Below, piece after piece: positions 1-8,536 of a stretch of 64,000 nucleotides of DNA; the first letter of the stretch is position 1; every line of letters begins with the position of its first letter. This DNA comes from an uncultured Bacteroidales bacterium (GTDB lineage Bacteria; Bacteroidota; Bacteroidia; Bacteroidales; UBA12077). The notes under the pieces were generated by a model that did no database searches, had not been told where the DNA came from, and saw only the letters and a list, made by a program, of their open reading frames with translations. Location of the stretch: the NCBI GenBank assembly GCA_964585385.1, contig CAZPDP010000011.1, forward strand, positions 1,086 through 65,085, read 5' to 3'. The position numbers and the translations under genes are program-made.

Positions 1-152
1 AAGTCAAAGGTATAAGTTTGTTTTTCCGGGTATTTTTCCGTAAAATCATTGCTGTCTAAAAGTATAAAATCCTCCTTTTCCCTGGCCCACTCGAGTAATT
101 GTTTCTTATAATGGGAAGTATCTTCTATGTCAATTGTAATTTTCTTTCGCAT
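1..152 (-). CDS. pabB: Aminodeoxychorismate synthase component I / anthranilate synthase component I family protein, N-terminal part (runs off the window start)
   Basis: Not in the ORF track. Minus-strand frame from ATG at 152 reads MRKKITIDIEDTSHYKKQLLEWAREKEDFILLDSNDFTEKYPEKQTYTFD, matching the 'K.LL.WA......LDSN' N-terminus I recall for Bacteroidota PabB-type proteins. It lies 24 nt downstream of the Omp85 gene on the same strand. Confidence 0.65.
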   Translation of the reverse strand, partial: MRKKITIDIEDTSHYKKQLLEWAREKEDFILLDSNDFTEKYPEKQTYTFD

Positions 153-176
153 AATGCAAAAATAAAAAAAGCATTC

Positions 177-2186
177 CTAAAAATTTATAGTTCCGGGAGC
201 TGTTGGGGTGTATCGCTCGGGCTCCAATGTTTTTTCACCCGACATTTTAAACAACAAACTGTTACCAAAAGACAAATCAGGATAATATCCTAACCGAATC
301 TGGAAAGTCTGAAAAACAAGGTTCTCATTTCGCACCCGGAAACCCAGGCCAAAACCACTGTGGAGAGGATTTTTAAAGATTAGTTTGCTTTCCGGCCCTA
401 TAAAGCCAAAATCCATGAAACCATATACGGCAAAACGAAATCCATAGTAAAACAGGTTGGTAAATCCTACGGTCTCTAGTTTTAAAACCAGTTTCTTGTC
501 TCCAAAAAGGTTGCTTTCATCAAAACCCCTGATATCTTTTCGCCTGTCGAACCTGATGTATTCATCACTAAACCTATTGATGCCATATTTATATTGAAGG
601 TTCACGAATTGCCTCAGTTTCAAATTATCAATCTCAAACAATTTACTGATATAACTTGATCTAAAGTTCAAAACCCCTTGTTCGAAGCTGCCATCATAAA
701 TAAATCCTCCGAAATTCAGACTGTTGGATAGATACCCGAAGTTAGGGTAATAATTCCCGTGTTTCAGGTTAATACCGGAGTAGAAACGTCGAAAAAATTC
801 ATCGGCTTCCCAGCCAAAGGTGTAACCAAGCAAATCACCGACAGGGATATCCTCTGTTTGCCCAAATCCGTAAATTAAGGCAGTTTTATAAAAATTCTGC
901 CGTGAAAAACTGACATTGGCAAGAAATAGGTGGTTGTTATGATAGTGATAATTATACCTTTCACTAACCTCCGGACCCTCGAAAAACTTATTCCTGTTAT
1001 ACCTTGCAGACAGAACCAGCCTGTTCCGATCCTTAAAATCCCCTTTTTGTGAACTTATTGGAAAACCATAACCGATCCATGCATCATGTTCCACATAGTT
1101 CAGTGGCACATTGAGAAGCATAGTATCTTCCTTCCTGATGTTCTGCACCGTTTCTCTTTTATATGCTGTAACTCCTCCAACCCACCGGGTTTTGTATGAA
1201 TAAAATTCACGAGAGAAATGCATTCCGTAACTAAAATTTTCGAATGCATCAAGGTAAAAAAACCTTGCATCTATAAATGACCCCATTAAGTTATTGAGTT
1301 TATAGGATGTTTGATATCCAAAATTCTCCTGTGTTAAATAGTCAAACATCAAATCAGCCTGAAACCGGTGACCGATACCAAAAATGTTGTTATCAAACAA
1401 CCTAATCTCTCCTGAATTAATACTTTTCAAATCCACATTATATCCTTTAGACCAAACATCCTGGGTAATAACTATTACATCAACCTTTTGTGAATCCTTT
1501 TGGGTATTCACAAGAATTCTGGCATCTTTGATATACTGCAGGTTCCTTAACACCCTTTCATTATCAGCCAGCAAAAGGGGATCAAGGCTATCCCCTTTTT
1601 CGAATAGCAGATTTTCATGGATGATTTCTTTTTTGGTAAAAATATGCATCCAGTTAGCAAAATCTTTATACCACGAAACATTGAGAGAAACGGTATCATC
1701 TACAGCAGTTCCAAAAACATTCAACTGCCTGATGATAACATTGTCAATTTCCTTACCTCTGTATTGTAAAAAAGGATTTTCTATATCATTGACTTTATCG
1801 TTTTCTAATAATTTCGATTCCCTCGTAGGAACAATTAGAAAATCATGAATGGTTTGCAGCAAATAGTGTCGCCCTGCCTTATATCTGAGGGAGTCATAAA
1901 ATTGGTCCGTATGTCGGGCATCTTCAGGGTTAACCATGAATATGACTGGTTTTTGGCCTTTTCTGTCTTTTTCATCAGGAAGGGAATCGGAAACAGGAAG
2001 GGAATCAGATAAAATGTAGTAAATTTTGGAATAATCAGAGGAAGTCCCCTGGGAATAAGTCATATCTATTGACAAACAAAAAGCGCCAATCACTAATAGC
2101 AAAATTTTAATTAGCCTAAAGTTAGGAAAGAAGTGCACTGCCAAAAAACTTCTCAGGTTCGCAAGTAAATACGATCTCTTTCGCAT
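177..2186 (-). CDS. Omp85/BamA-TamA family outer-membrane protein (POTRA-like region plus beta-barrel)
   Basis: 669 aa. Signal-like N-terminus, 'LLADNERVLRNLQYIKDARI' POTRA-like segment, 'DIRGF' loop motif, 'GFGLGFRVRN' C-terminal barrel strands. Confidence 0.7.
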   Translation of the reverse strand: MRKRSYLLANLRSFLAVHFFPNFRLIKILLLVIGAFCLSIDMTYSQGTSSDYSKIYYILSDSLPVSDSLPDEKDRKGQKPVIFMVNPEDARHTDQFYDSLRYKAGRHYLLQTIHDFLIVPTRESKLLENDKVNDIENPFLQYRGKEIDNVIIRQLNVFGTAVDDTVSLNVSWYKDFANWMHIFTKKEIIHENLLFEKGDSLDPLLLADNERVLRNLQYIKDARILVNTQKDSQKVDVIVITQDVWSKGYNVDLKSINSGEIRLFDNNIFGIGHRFQADLMFDYLTQENFGYQTSYKLNNLMGSFIDARFFYLDAFENFSYGMHFSREFYSYKTRWVGGVTAYKRETVQNIRKEDTMLLNVPLNYVEHDAWIGYGFPISSQKGDFKDRNRLVLSARYNRNKFFEGPEVSERYNYHYHNNHLFLANVSFSRQNFYKTALIYGFGQTEDIPVGDLLGYTFGWEADEFFRRFYSGINLKHGNYYPNFGYLSNSLNFGGFIYDGSFEQGVLNFRSSYISKLFEIDNLKLRQFVNLQYKYGINRFSDEYIRFDRRKDIRGFDESNLFGDKKLVLKLETVGFTNLFYYGFRFAVYGFMDFGFIGPESKLIFKNPLHSGFGLGFRVRNENLVFQTFQIRLGYYPDLSFGNSLLFKMSGEKTLEPERYTPTAPGTINF

Positions 2187-2264
2187 AGGACTTTGTTCCA
2201 GCAGGATTTAATACAAAAATAAACATAATCTAATCACAATCCATTAAAATTCTAATTTACAAAT

Positions 2265-2295
2265 AAAAAAAGCCTGCCGGATACCGACAGGCTTT
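2265..2295 (-). terminator. Intrinsic terminator downstream of the DPP III gene
   Basis: A-run, GCCTG, loop, CAGGC on the + strand gives a hairpin plus U-tract on the minus strand. Confidence 0.65.
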
Positions 2296-2300
2296 ATACC

Positions 2301-2320
2301 GAATAATTCATGAATTATTC
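2301..2320. repeat. Perfect 20-bp palindrome, REP-like
   Basis: GAATAATTCATGAATTATTC is its own reverse complement and is intergenic. Confidence 0.6.
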
Positions 2321-2345
2321 CTATCTCCGATAAATAGCAAAAAAT

Positions 2346-4010
2346 CTATTCGATGCCAAGAACATCTTTTCCTTGCTTAAATCTTATGTCTCTGGGTATA
2401 CCTTCTTTTGTAAGTCTATCCAGGTCTTTTTGCAGTTGGTCTTCTATTACACTCTTTTCGTCAACCATCTTTTTAGCTGCATCATAATTTCCATCACCCT
2501 GCATTGTGAGGATTTTGTTTCCAAGAGTATTCATCGCTTCGGTCATCTTTTCAAAATCTACTTTATATGTTCCGGTTTCTGAATCTCTTGTAAACGCTCC
2601 CATTTCTTTGAAATAATTGAAACGCATCATATTGGCTTTACCATGAGAACTGGCTGCACCAAAACGAATGGAACGGAAGATGCTTGCCATAAAGGTTACA
2701 TAATTATCCTTTATTTCTTTATCTTCCAATTCATCCATGTCAGCAAGTTGCTTAACCAGAAATAAGCCCAGAATATCTGCTTTGCTTTCTTCCACCGGAC
2801 TGTAATATTCTTTTAATGCCTTTCTTACAGTACCTTTTCCGTTAATGGTTTCCTTTATTCCAAGTCCGTGAGCTACTTCATGAAACATGGTATTTTCAAA
2901 GAAAGCATCAAACTTGATGTATTTTCTTTGAGATTCATCTATAAGAACATCGCTTATAGGAACCAGGATCTTTTCAAATTTATAACGCATTGCGTTCTTT
3001 AACTGAAGTTTACGGCTTCCTTTTTCAACATGTACTCGTTCATCATTAGGCAGGTTAATAGCTATTGTTTTACTTCCTGCATTACAATCACCTGCATAAA
3101 AAACAGCTTCGTATACTCCCAGGTCTGAATCGCTACCAGGTTTTTCCTGTTTATATTTGTCTTCTACAGGCAGACTTTTCTGCAGTTCTGGCAACAATGC
3201 GCTAAATTTTGTGAGTTTTTTCGTCCATTCATGGTCTTTTACAAGTATAAAAGCCTCATGAGCAGCTTTGTACCCATAAAGATTGTCTTCATAATTTTCA
3301 ATCGGACCTACCACAAAATCGATATCATTATTTTTCACATCCATCCAGGCCATATCAGAATCCAGATACTTATCGTTAAGCAGTGCTTCTGCTCTTAAAT
3401 TGAGATATTTTTCAAAGGTTTTATTATCTGCCAGCTCAGCAGCTTTTTTCAGGAGATCTGCAGCTTTTTGTGTTTTTTCTTCGTAAGCTTCATGATAAGG
3501 TATTGTCATTAAGTTGCCTTCCTCATCTCTTCTGATTAACGTATAAAGGCTTGTTTTATCTTCTGCTTCGAATTTTTCAAACTCTTCTTTGGTCATATCT
3601 TCCGGGTAGAAGTTTGCACCGGCTGGCTTTTCTCCGTATCCTTTAACAAAAGGCTTATTCTCTTTCAACCTTTCCCAGGGCCCGTAATTGATTTTTACAA
3701 AAGCCTTCAGGCTTTCGTTCTCAATCTTATTCATCAACTCTTCTTTCTCTCCAAATGCCTGCTTCCAGAAAATATCATCCATAATACTTGCTGCATCAAA
3801 AAGATGAGATACCATCTTTTTTTGGTTTTCAGAGAGGTGGCTGATGTCTGCTTTAAGCTCAACTTCAACAAACTCATCCACTTTCTTCTGAACCTCGCTC
3901 ACTGGAATTTTTGCCATGCTATCTTCGTTTTCTTTTTTTGGCTGATTACATCCGGCCAAAATGGCAAAAACCAATAATAAATTCAGTACACTAAATAATT
4001 TGTTTCGCAT
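2346..4010 (-). CDS. Dipeptidyl-peptidase III family (M49) zinc peptidase, lipoprotein
   Basis: Lipobox ILAGC, 'AGSKTIAINLPND', HEVAH zinc motif, 'EESKAD' second motif. Confidence 0.85.
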   Translation of the reverse strand: MRNKLFSVLNLLLVFAILAGCNQPKKENEDSMAKIPVSEVQKKVDEFVEVELKADISHLSENQKKMVSHLFDAASIMDDIFWKQAFGEKEELMNKIENESLKAFVKINYGPWERLKENKPFVKGYGEKPAGANFYPEDMTKEEFEKFEAEDKTSLYTLIRRDEEGNLMTIPYHEAYEEKTQKAADLLKKAAELADNKTFEKYLNLRAEALLNDKYLDSDMAWMDVKNNDIDFVVGPIENYEDNLYGYKAAHEAFILVKDHEWTKKLTKFSALLPELQKSLPVEDKYKQEKPGSDSDLGVYEAVFYAGDCNAGSKTIAINLPNDERVHVEKGSRKLQLKNAMRYKFEKILVPISDVLIDESQRKYIKFDAFFENTMFHEVAHGLGIKETINGKGTVRKALKEYYSPVEESKADILGLFLVKQLADMDELEDKEIKDNYVTFMASIFRSIRFGAASSHGKANMMRFNYFKEMGAFTRDSETGTYKVDFEKMTEAMNTLGNKILTMQGDGNYDAAKKMVDEKSVIEDQLQKDLDRLTKEGIPRDIRFKQGKDVLGIE

Positions 4011-4225
4011 AGTTGTAATTTTTAAAGTTTTGTGGTTAAACCATATGATTTCTGTTACATCATAAAATTGCTAATTTAAACATTTTGATAAATCTTTAAA
4101 ATAGCTCAGTCAACAAACAAATATACAAGATTGAATTTATTACTGTTTAGATTTTTTTAAATAATTTTATAACCATTTTAATAATATTTCGTTAGCTCAA
4201 AAGAAAGAAGAAAGAAGAGAGAAAA

Positions 4226-5695
4226 ATGGATAAGCACAAGGAAGAACAATTATTATACAGGATATCGGAACTTATCAAAGAAAATAAGGAGTTGACAAAA
4301 CAACTTAAAGAACTTAATAATGAAAAATCAAAACTATCCAAAGAAAAAGAAAAACTTGAAAATGTAATTGCCCAGATTCCTTCCGAACACCTTCCCAAAG
4401 GCACAAAATATCCCAGCAAAACGCGTTCTCTCCGTTTTGACATGGTCACGGTACTTTATGCCGATGTTCAGGGTATAAAAAGAATAGCCCAGCAAAAGAC
4501 TTCCACCGACATAATGGATGAATTGGACAATATCTTCCTTGAGTTCAACAAAATTGTTAAAAAATACAAGATTGAAAAAATAAAAACCATAGGCGATGCT
4601 TATATGTGTGCGGGTGGTGTGCCTGAAAAAAACATCACCAATCCTGTGGATGTTGTGCTTGCTGCCCTTGAAATGAAGGATTATATGGTCAAGCTGAAAG
4701 AGGAATATGAATCTGAAAACCATGAATTCTGGGATTTCAGAATAGGTATTCACACTGGTGCTGTTACAGCCAATTTTCATGGGAGAAAAAAACTATCCTA
4801 TGACCTCAAGGGCGATACCGTTCATATAGCAACCCGTATAGCCTCTGCCAGCGAGTTTGAAGATGTAAATATGTCCATTATGACCTATGAACTGATAAAA
4901 CAATATTTCGCCTGTGATTACAATGGCAAAATCCCGGTGAAATATGTAGGGGATATGGAAATTCTAAAGCTTAAGCGAATTAAACCTGCTTATTCAGAAG
5001 ACCGGAAAATAGGTAAAATCCCGAACAACATTTTCATGAACAAATACCTGCTCCGTCAGTTCACGGATTTGCAGGAACTGATTCTGGACAAACTGGAGAA
5101 AGAACTTCCGGACTACCTTTATTACCATAACGTCAAGCACACCATTGATGTGGTTAACCAGGTTGAACTAATTGGTTATGGCGAAGGTGTTGATGATGAA
5201 GCGATACTGCTTCTTAAAACCGCAGCTCTTTTCCACGACGCAGGACATACCATTGGATATGACAACCATGAATATTACGGCAGTCAGCTAGCCAAGGAAT
5301 ATTTACCTAAGTTCAGCTACCGACAGGACCAGATAGAAAAAATTGAAGACCTGATTATGTCTACCAAAATACCCCCGGATCCACAAAATACCCTGGAAAA
5401 AATCATGTGTGATGCGGATCTTGACTACCTGGGAAGAAGCGATTTCATACCTGTTTCCAACACTTTATATAAGGAACTGAAGGCCCAGGATAAAATTGGA
5501 GATATTAACGAGTGGAACAAACTACAACTCAAATTTATTTCTAAACATCAGTATTTCACAGAGACAGCTTTAAACCTTAGGGAAGTTAACAAGCAAAAAC
5601 AGATTGAAAGAATCAAATCACTCATTGAGAATGGTAGCACTGAACCTGAAGAATTAAATAGCAAGCAAGGTTCATCCTCTGAGAGAAAATCCTGA
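4226..5695 (+). CDS. Class III nucleotide cyclase domain fused to an HD phosphohydrolase domain
   Basis: N-terminal coiled coil; cyclase motifs YADVQG, IKTIGDAYM, RIGIHTG, YDLKGDTVHIATR; HD motifs YHNVKHT, AALFHDAGH, CDADLDYLG. Confidence 0.85.
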   Translation: MDKHKEEQLLYRISELIKENKELTKQLKELNNEKSKLSKEKEKLENVIAQIPSEHLPKGTKYPSKTRSLRFDMVTVLYADVQGIKRIAQQKTSTDIMDELDNIFLEFNKIVKKYKIEKIKTIGDAYMCAGGVPEKNITNPVDVVLAALEMKDYMVKLKEEYESENHEFWDFRIGIHTGAVTANFHGRKKLSYDLKGDTVHIATRIASASEFEDVNMSIMTYELIKQYFACDYNGKIPVKYVGDMEILKLKRIKPAYSEDRKIGKIPNNIFMNKYLLRQFTDLQELILDKLEKELPDYLYYHNVKHTIDVVNQVELIGYGEGVDDEAILLLKTAALFHDAGHTIGYDNHEYYGSQLAKEYLPKFSYRQDQIEKIEDLIMSTKIPPDPQNTLEKIMCDADLDYLGRSDFIPVSNTLYKELKAQDKIGDINEWNKLQLKFISKHQYFTETALNLREVNKQKQIERIKSLIENGSTEPEELNSKQGSSSERKS

Positions 5696-5716
5696 ATTTC
5701 CAGCTAACTTCTAATC

Positions 5717-5764
5717 ATAAAAAAGTCATAAGGCAGTCGAAATGACCTTATGATTTTTATTTTT
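5717..5764. terminator. Bidirectional terminator between convergent genes
   Basis: AAAAAGTCATAAGG...CCTTATGATTTTT stem with A and T tails. Confidence 0.7.
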
Positions 5765-5781
5765 TGCACTTATACACTGTA

Positions 5782-7767
5782 TTATTTTTTTATCACCTTA
5801 ACTTCTGTCCGTCTGTTCAGGGCCCTTCCTTTCTCAGTTCTGTTAGGAGCTATAGGTTGAGTCTCTCCATATCCCTTATAAGTGAGTCTGTCTTCATCAA
5901 TACCTTTCTCTACAAGATAATTATAAACAGACTGAGCCCGGTTTTCCGAAAGTTCTATGTTGTATTCATTGGTTCCCAGGCTGTCGGTATGGCCTGAGAT
6001 TTCCAGCATAAGCGTGGGGTTTTCTTTCAACAGACCATAAAGCTTGTCAAGCTCAACTTTTGATTCGTCCTTCAGTTCGTACGAATCCAGTTCATAAAAA
6101 ACGTTTCTTAAAATTATTTTTTCACCCTCTTTAATAGGTTTCAAAGGAATATCCTTTTCAAAAGGTTCAGATGCCTCATATTTGCCTTCAAGCTGAAAAT
6201 TATCCGAATAAAACAGATAACCTTTCTTTGAAACATTCATCAAATAATCGTTGTTTGAAGGGATGCTCACAAGGAACTTACCATCGTTTTTATCTGAATA
6301 GGAATCCATCAGAAGGTTTTCATTATTCAGGGAAATTAACTCAAAATGTGCTTTGAGGGGCTCATTTGTTTCTGCATCGTATACACGTCCTCTCATGTAA
6401 GAACTGGAAACAGGCTGGGCAGCCTCAGGAAGCTTAAAAGAGTATATGTCTTTTTCCATACCTTCCTCCCTGTTGCTGGAATAGAAGGCTTCAGTACCAA
6501 GAGTATTTACGATTATTCCCACTTCGTTTTTATGTGTATTTATAGGATAGCCCAGATTTACAGGTTCAGACCACACTGAATCATTCTTTTTCCGTGATTT
6601 AAACAGGTCCAGATTGCCCATTCCCGGCCAGCCATCAGAAGCAAAATACAGGGTTTGATTATCCAGGTGTATAAACGGAGCTATATCTTCACCCGGAGTA
6701 TTTATACTATCCCCAAGATTAACAGGTTTTGTCCATGTACTGTCTGATTTCAATGTAGACATCCAGATGTCTTTCTTCCCTTTGCCTCCTTTTCTCTCGC
6801 TTGCATAATAAAGTGTTCTCCCATCAGGACTAATGGATGGCTGTGACTCCCAATTGATAGTATTTACAGGAGCACCAATATTTTTTGGTTTCGTCCACTG
6901 ATCGTCCTTCTTGTGAGTAACATAAATATCACATCCCCCTTTGCTGTCTTTCCTGTTGCAGGCGCTGAAATACATAGTCTTTCCATCGGCGGACAATGTC
7001 TGGGCTCCTTCGTTATCATCCGAATTTAAAGGATCACCTAAATTCCTTGCTTGCATCCACCCTGTATCGGATTTATAACTTACAAAAAAATCTTCCTGTT
7101 CCAGAGGATTGATGGACATCATCATTCTGCGCCTGGGTTCAGGCAACTCATCCATCTGGCGTTTCAATTCTTCCGCGTTTTCAACAGGTATCAACCTCGT
7201 AAAAACAAGTGTTTTGCCATCTGCTGAGAGGGAGGGCCAGTAATCATTGTATTGGCTGTTCACTGCATATCCAAGGTTTTCAGGCTCAAAATCCACCGGA
7301 TTCTGCTTTTGGTGAATAGCAAAATGGCAGGATTTAATTTTCATCTTAGTCTTATCTCTGAAAATAGGGCCAATACTTTCGTATTCCAGGAAAGTCCGAA
7401 AACTTTTTTTCGCTTCTTCATACCTCCCCTGATTTTGATGCAGGTATCCAATGCTGTAATAAAGCTTGGGGTAATAATCCGGATCAACTCCAATCGCTTT
7501 CCTGTAATTATCCAGGGCCTTACCAGGTTCATTCATTGCTTCATAAACCTGTCCCTTCACAATATAAGCTTCTATAAACTCATCGTCTTTATCTAAAGCT
7601 TTATTCAGAAATTCAAGAGCTTGATCATACTCTCTGATGTTGTAATTTTTCCACGCTTCGTTAAAATATTCAATGGCCTTCTTTGACTTGGTTGAATAGT
7701 CATGCTGAGCTTGAATAATGGACGCTGAGAAAGTGGATAATACCAATAAAATAATCAGTTTTTTCAT
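5782..7767 (-). CDS. PorE-like protein: TPR, PD40 beta-propeller, carboxypeptidase-regulatory-like and OmpA_C peptidoglycan-binding domains
   Basis: TPR helices; repeats 'WPSLSADGKTLVF', 'QPSISPDGRTLYY', 'APFIHLDNQTLYF'; OmpA motifs 'ISGHTDSLG...NIELSENRA' and 'NRRTE'. Confidence 0.85.
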   Translation of the reverse strand: MKKLIILLVLSTFSASIIQAQHDYSTKSKKAIEYFNEAWKNYNIREYDQALEFLNKALDKDDEFIEAYIVKGQVYEAMNEPGKALDNYRKAIGVDPDYYPKLYYSIGYLHQNQGRYEEAKKSFRTFLEYESIGPIFRDKTKMKIKSCHFAIHQKQNPVDFEPENLGYAVNSQYNDYWPSLSADGKTLVFTRLIPVENAEELKRQMDELPEPRRRMMMSINPLEQEDFFVSYKSDTGWMQARNLGDPLNSDDNEGAQTLSADGKTMYFSACNRKDSKGGCDIYVTHKKDDQWTKPKNIGAPVNTINWESQPSISPDGRTLYYASERKGGKGKKDIWMSTLKSDSTWTKPVNLGDSINTPGEDIAPFIHLDNQTLYFASDGWPGMGNLDLFKSRKKNDSVWSEPVNLGYPINTHKNEVGIIVNTLGTEAFYSSNREEGMEKDIYSFKLPEAAQPVSSSYMRGRVYDAETNEPLKAHFELISLNNENLLMDSYSDKNDGKFLVSIPSNNDYLMNVSKKGYLFYSDNFQLEGKYEASEPFEKDIPLKPIKEGEKIILRNVFYELDSYELKDESKVELDKLYGLLKENPTLMLEISGHTDSLGTNEYNIELSENRAQSVYNYLVEKGIDEDRLTYKGYGETQPIAPNRTEKGRALNRRTEVKVIKK

Positions 7768-7803
7768 GTTTTTGCAGGGTAAACTTGTTTCTAAAATCCA
7801 ATT

Positions 7804-8433
7804 CTAAGGTATGTGCATAAATTTGTGTGCCTGGAGCGATACATTCCACCTGGGGTGCATTTTTACATACTCAACAATTTTCGGGATCATCTTCTCATAT
7901 CGGCTCCATTCGGGTTGAAGATAGAGCAGGCAGTCTTTACCTACATGTTGCGATGCCTCTTCAGCCCATGCAATGTCGTCTTCTTTAAACACAATTACTT
8001 TGAGTTCATTGGCTCTCTTATAGAAAACGTTTTCCGGGGGATTATGTTTCTTGGGAGATAAACAAATCCAGTCCCAGATTCCTGTATATTCGCCAGTACC
8101 CGCTGTTTCAAGAAAAGTTTTTACCTGAAGTTGTTTAAGAGACTGACAAAGGGGGTCGAGGTTATAGGAAGAGGGCTCTCCTCCTGTTACCACAATTGAC
8201 TTAGCTGCTGTATTCCTGACAGCCTCCTGAATATCCTGTATTGGAACAAGCGGATGCAGGTCTGCTCTCCAGGAAAGTTTGGTATCACACCAGTGACAAC
8301 CAATATCACACCCCCCGATTCGGATAAAATAAGCAGGTTTTCCTGCATGAAATCCTTCTCCCTGAATGGTATAAAACTGCTCCACAAGCGGTAAATTCAG
8401 CCCGTCTTTATACTCTTCTCTTATCTTTCCCAT
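7804..8433 (-). CDS. queE: 7-carboxy-7-deazaguanine synthase (radical SAM)
   Basis: 'EQFYTIQGEG', CxxxCxxC (GCDIGCHWCDT), 'VTGGEP', C-terminal 'SLQAHK'. Confidence 0.92.
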   Translation of the reverse strand: MGKIREEYKDGLNLPLVEQFYTIQGEGFHAGKPAYFIRIGGCDIGCHWCDTKLSWRADLHPLVPIQDIQEAVRNTAAKSIVVTGGEPSSYNLDPLCQSLKQLQVKTFLETAGTGEYTGIWDWICLSPKKHNPPENVFYKRANELKVIVFKEDDIAWAEEASQHVGKDCLLYLQPEWSRYEKMIPKIVEYVKMHPRWNVSLQAHKFMHIP

Positions 8434-8476
8434 ACCCCATTAATTTAAAGGCAAAATTAGAAGAAAATTCTTCAAG

Positions 8477-8513
8477 AAAAAAAGTCCGCCCTGATGAAAA
8501 ATACAGGACGGAC
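8477..8513 (-). terminator. Intrinsic terminator after the stand-alone trpB
   Basis: A-run, GTCCGCCCTG...CAGGACGGAC imperfect stem. Confidence 0.55.
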
Positions 8514-8536
8514 CATTTTAAATCATCTAAATCATA

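Noticed and set aside
4226-5695. Pycsar anti-phage system
   Set aside because: There is no adjacent TM or TIR effector gene, and the purine-specifying Lys and Asp positions look adenylate-type.
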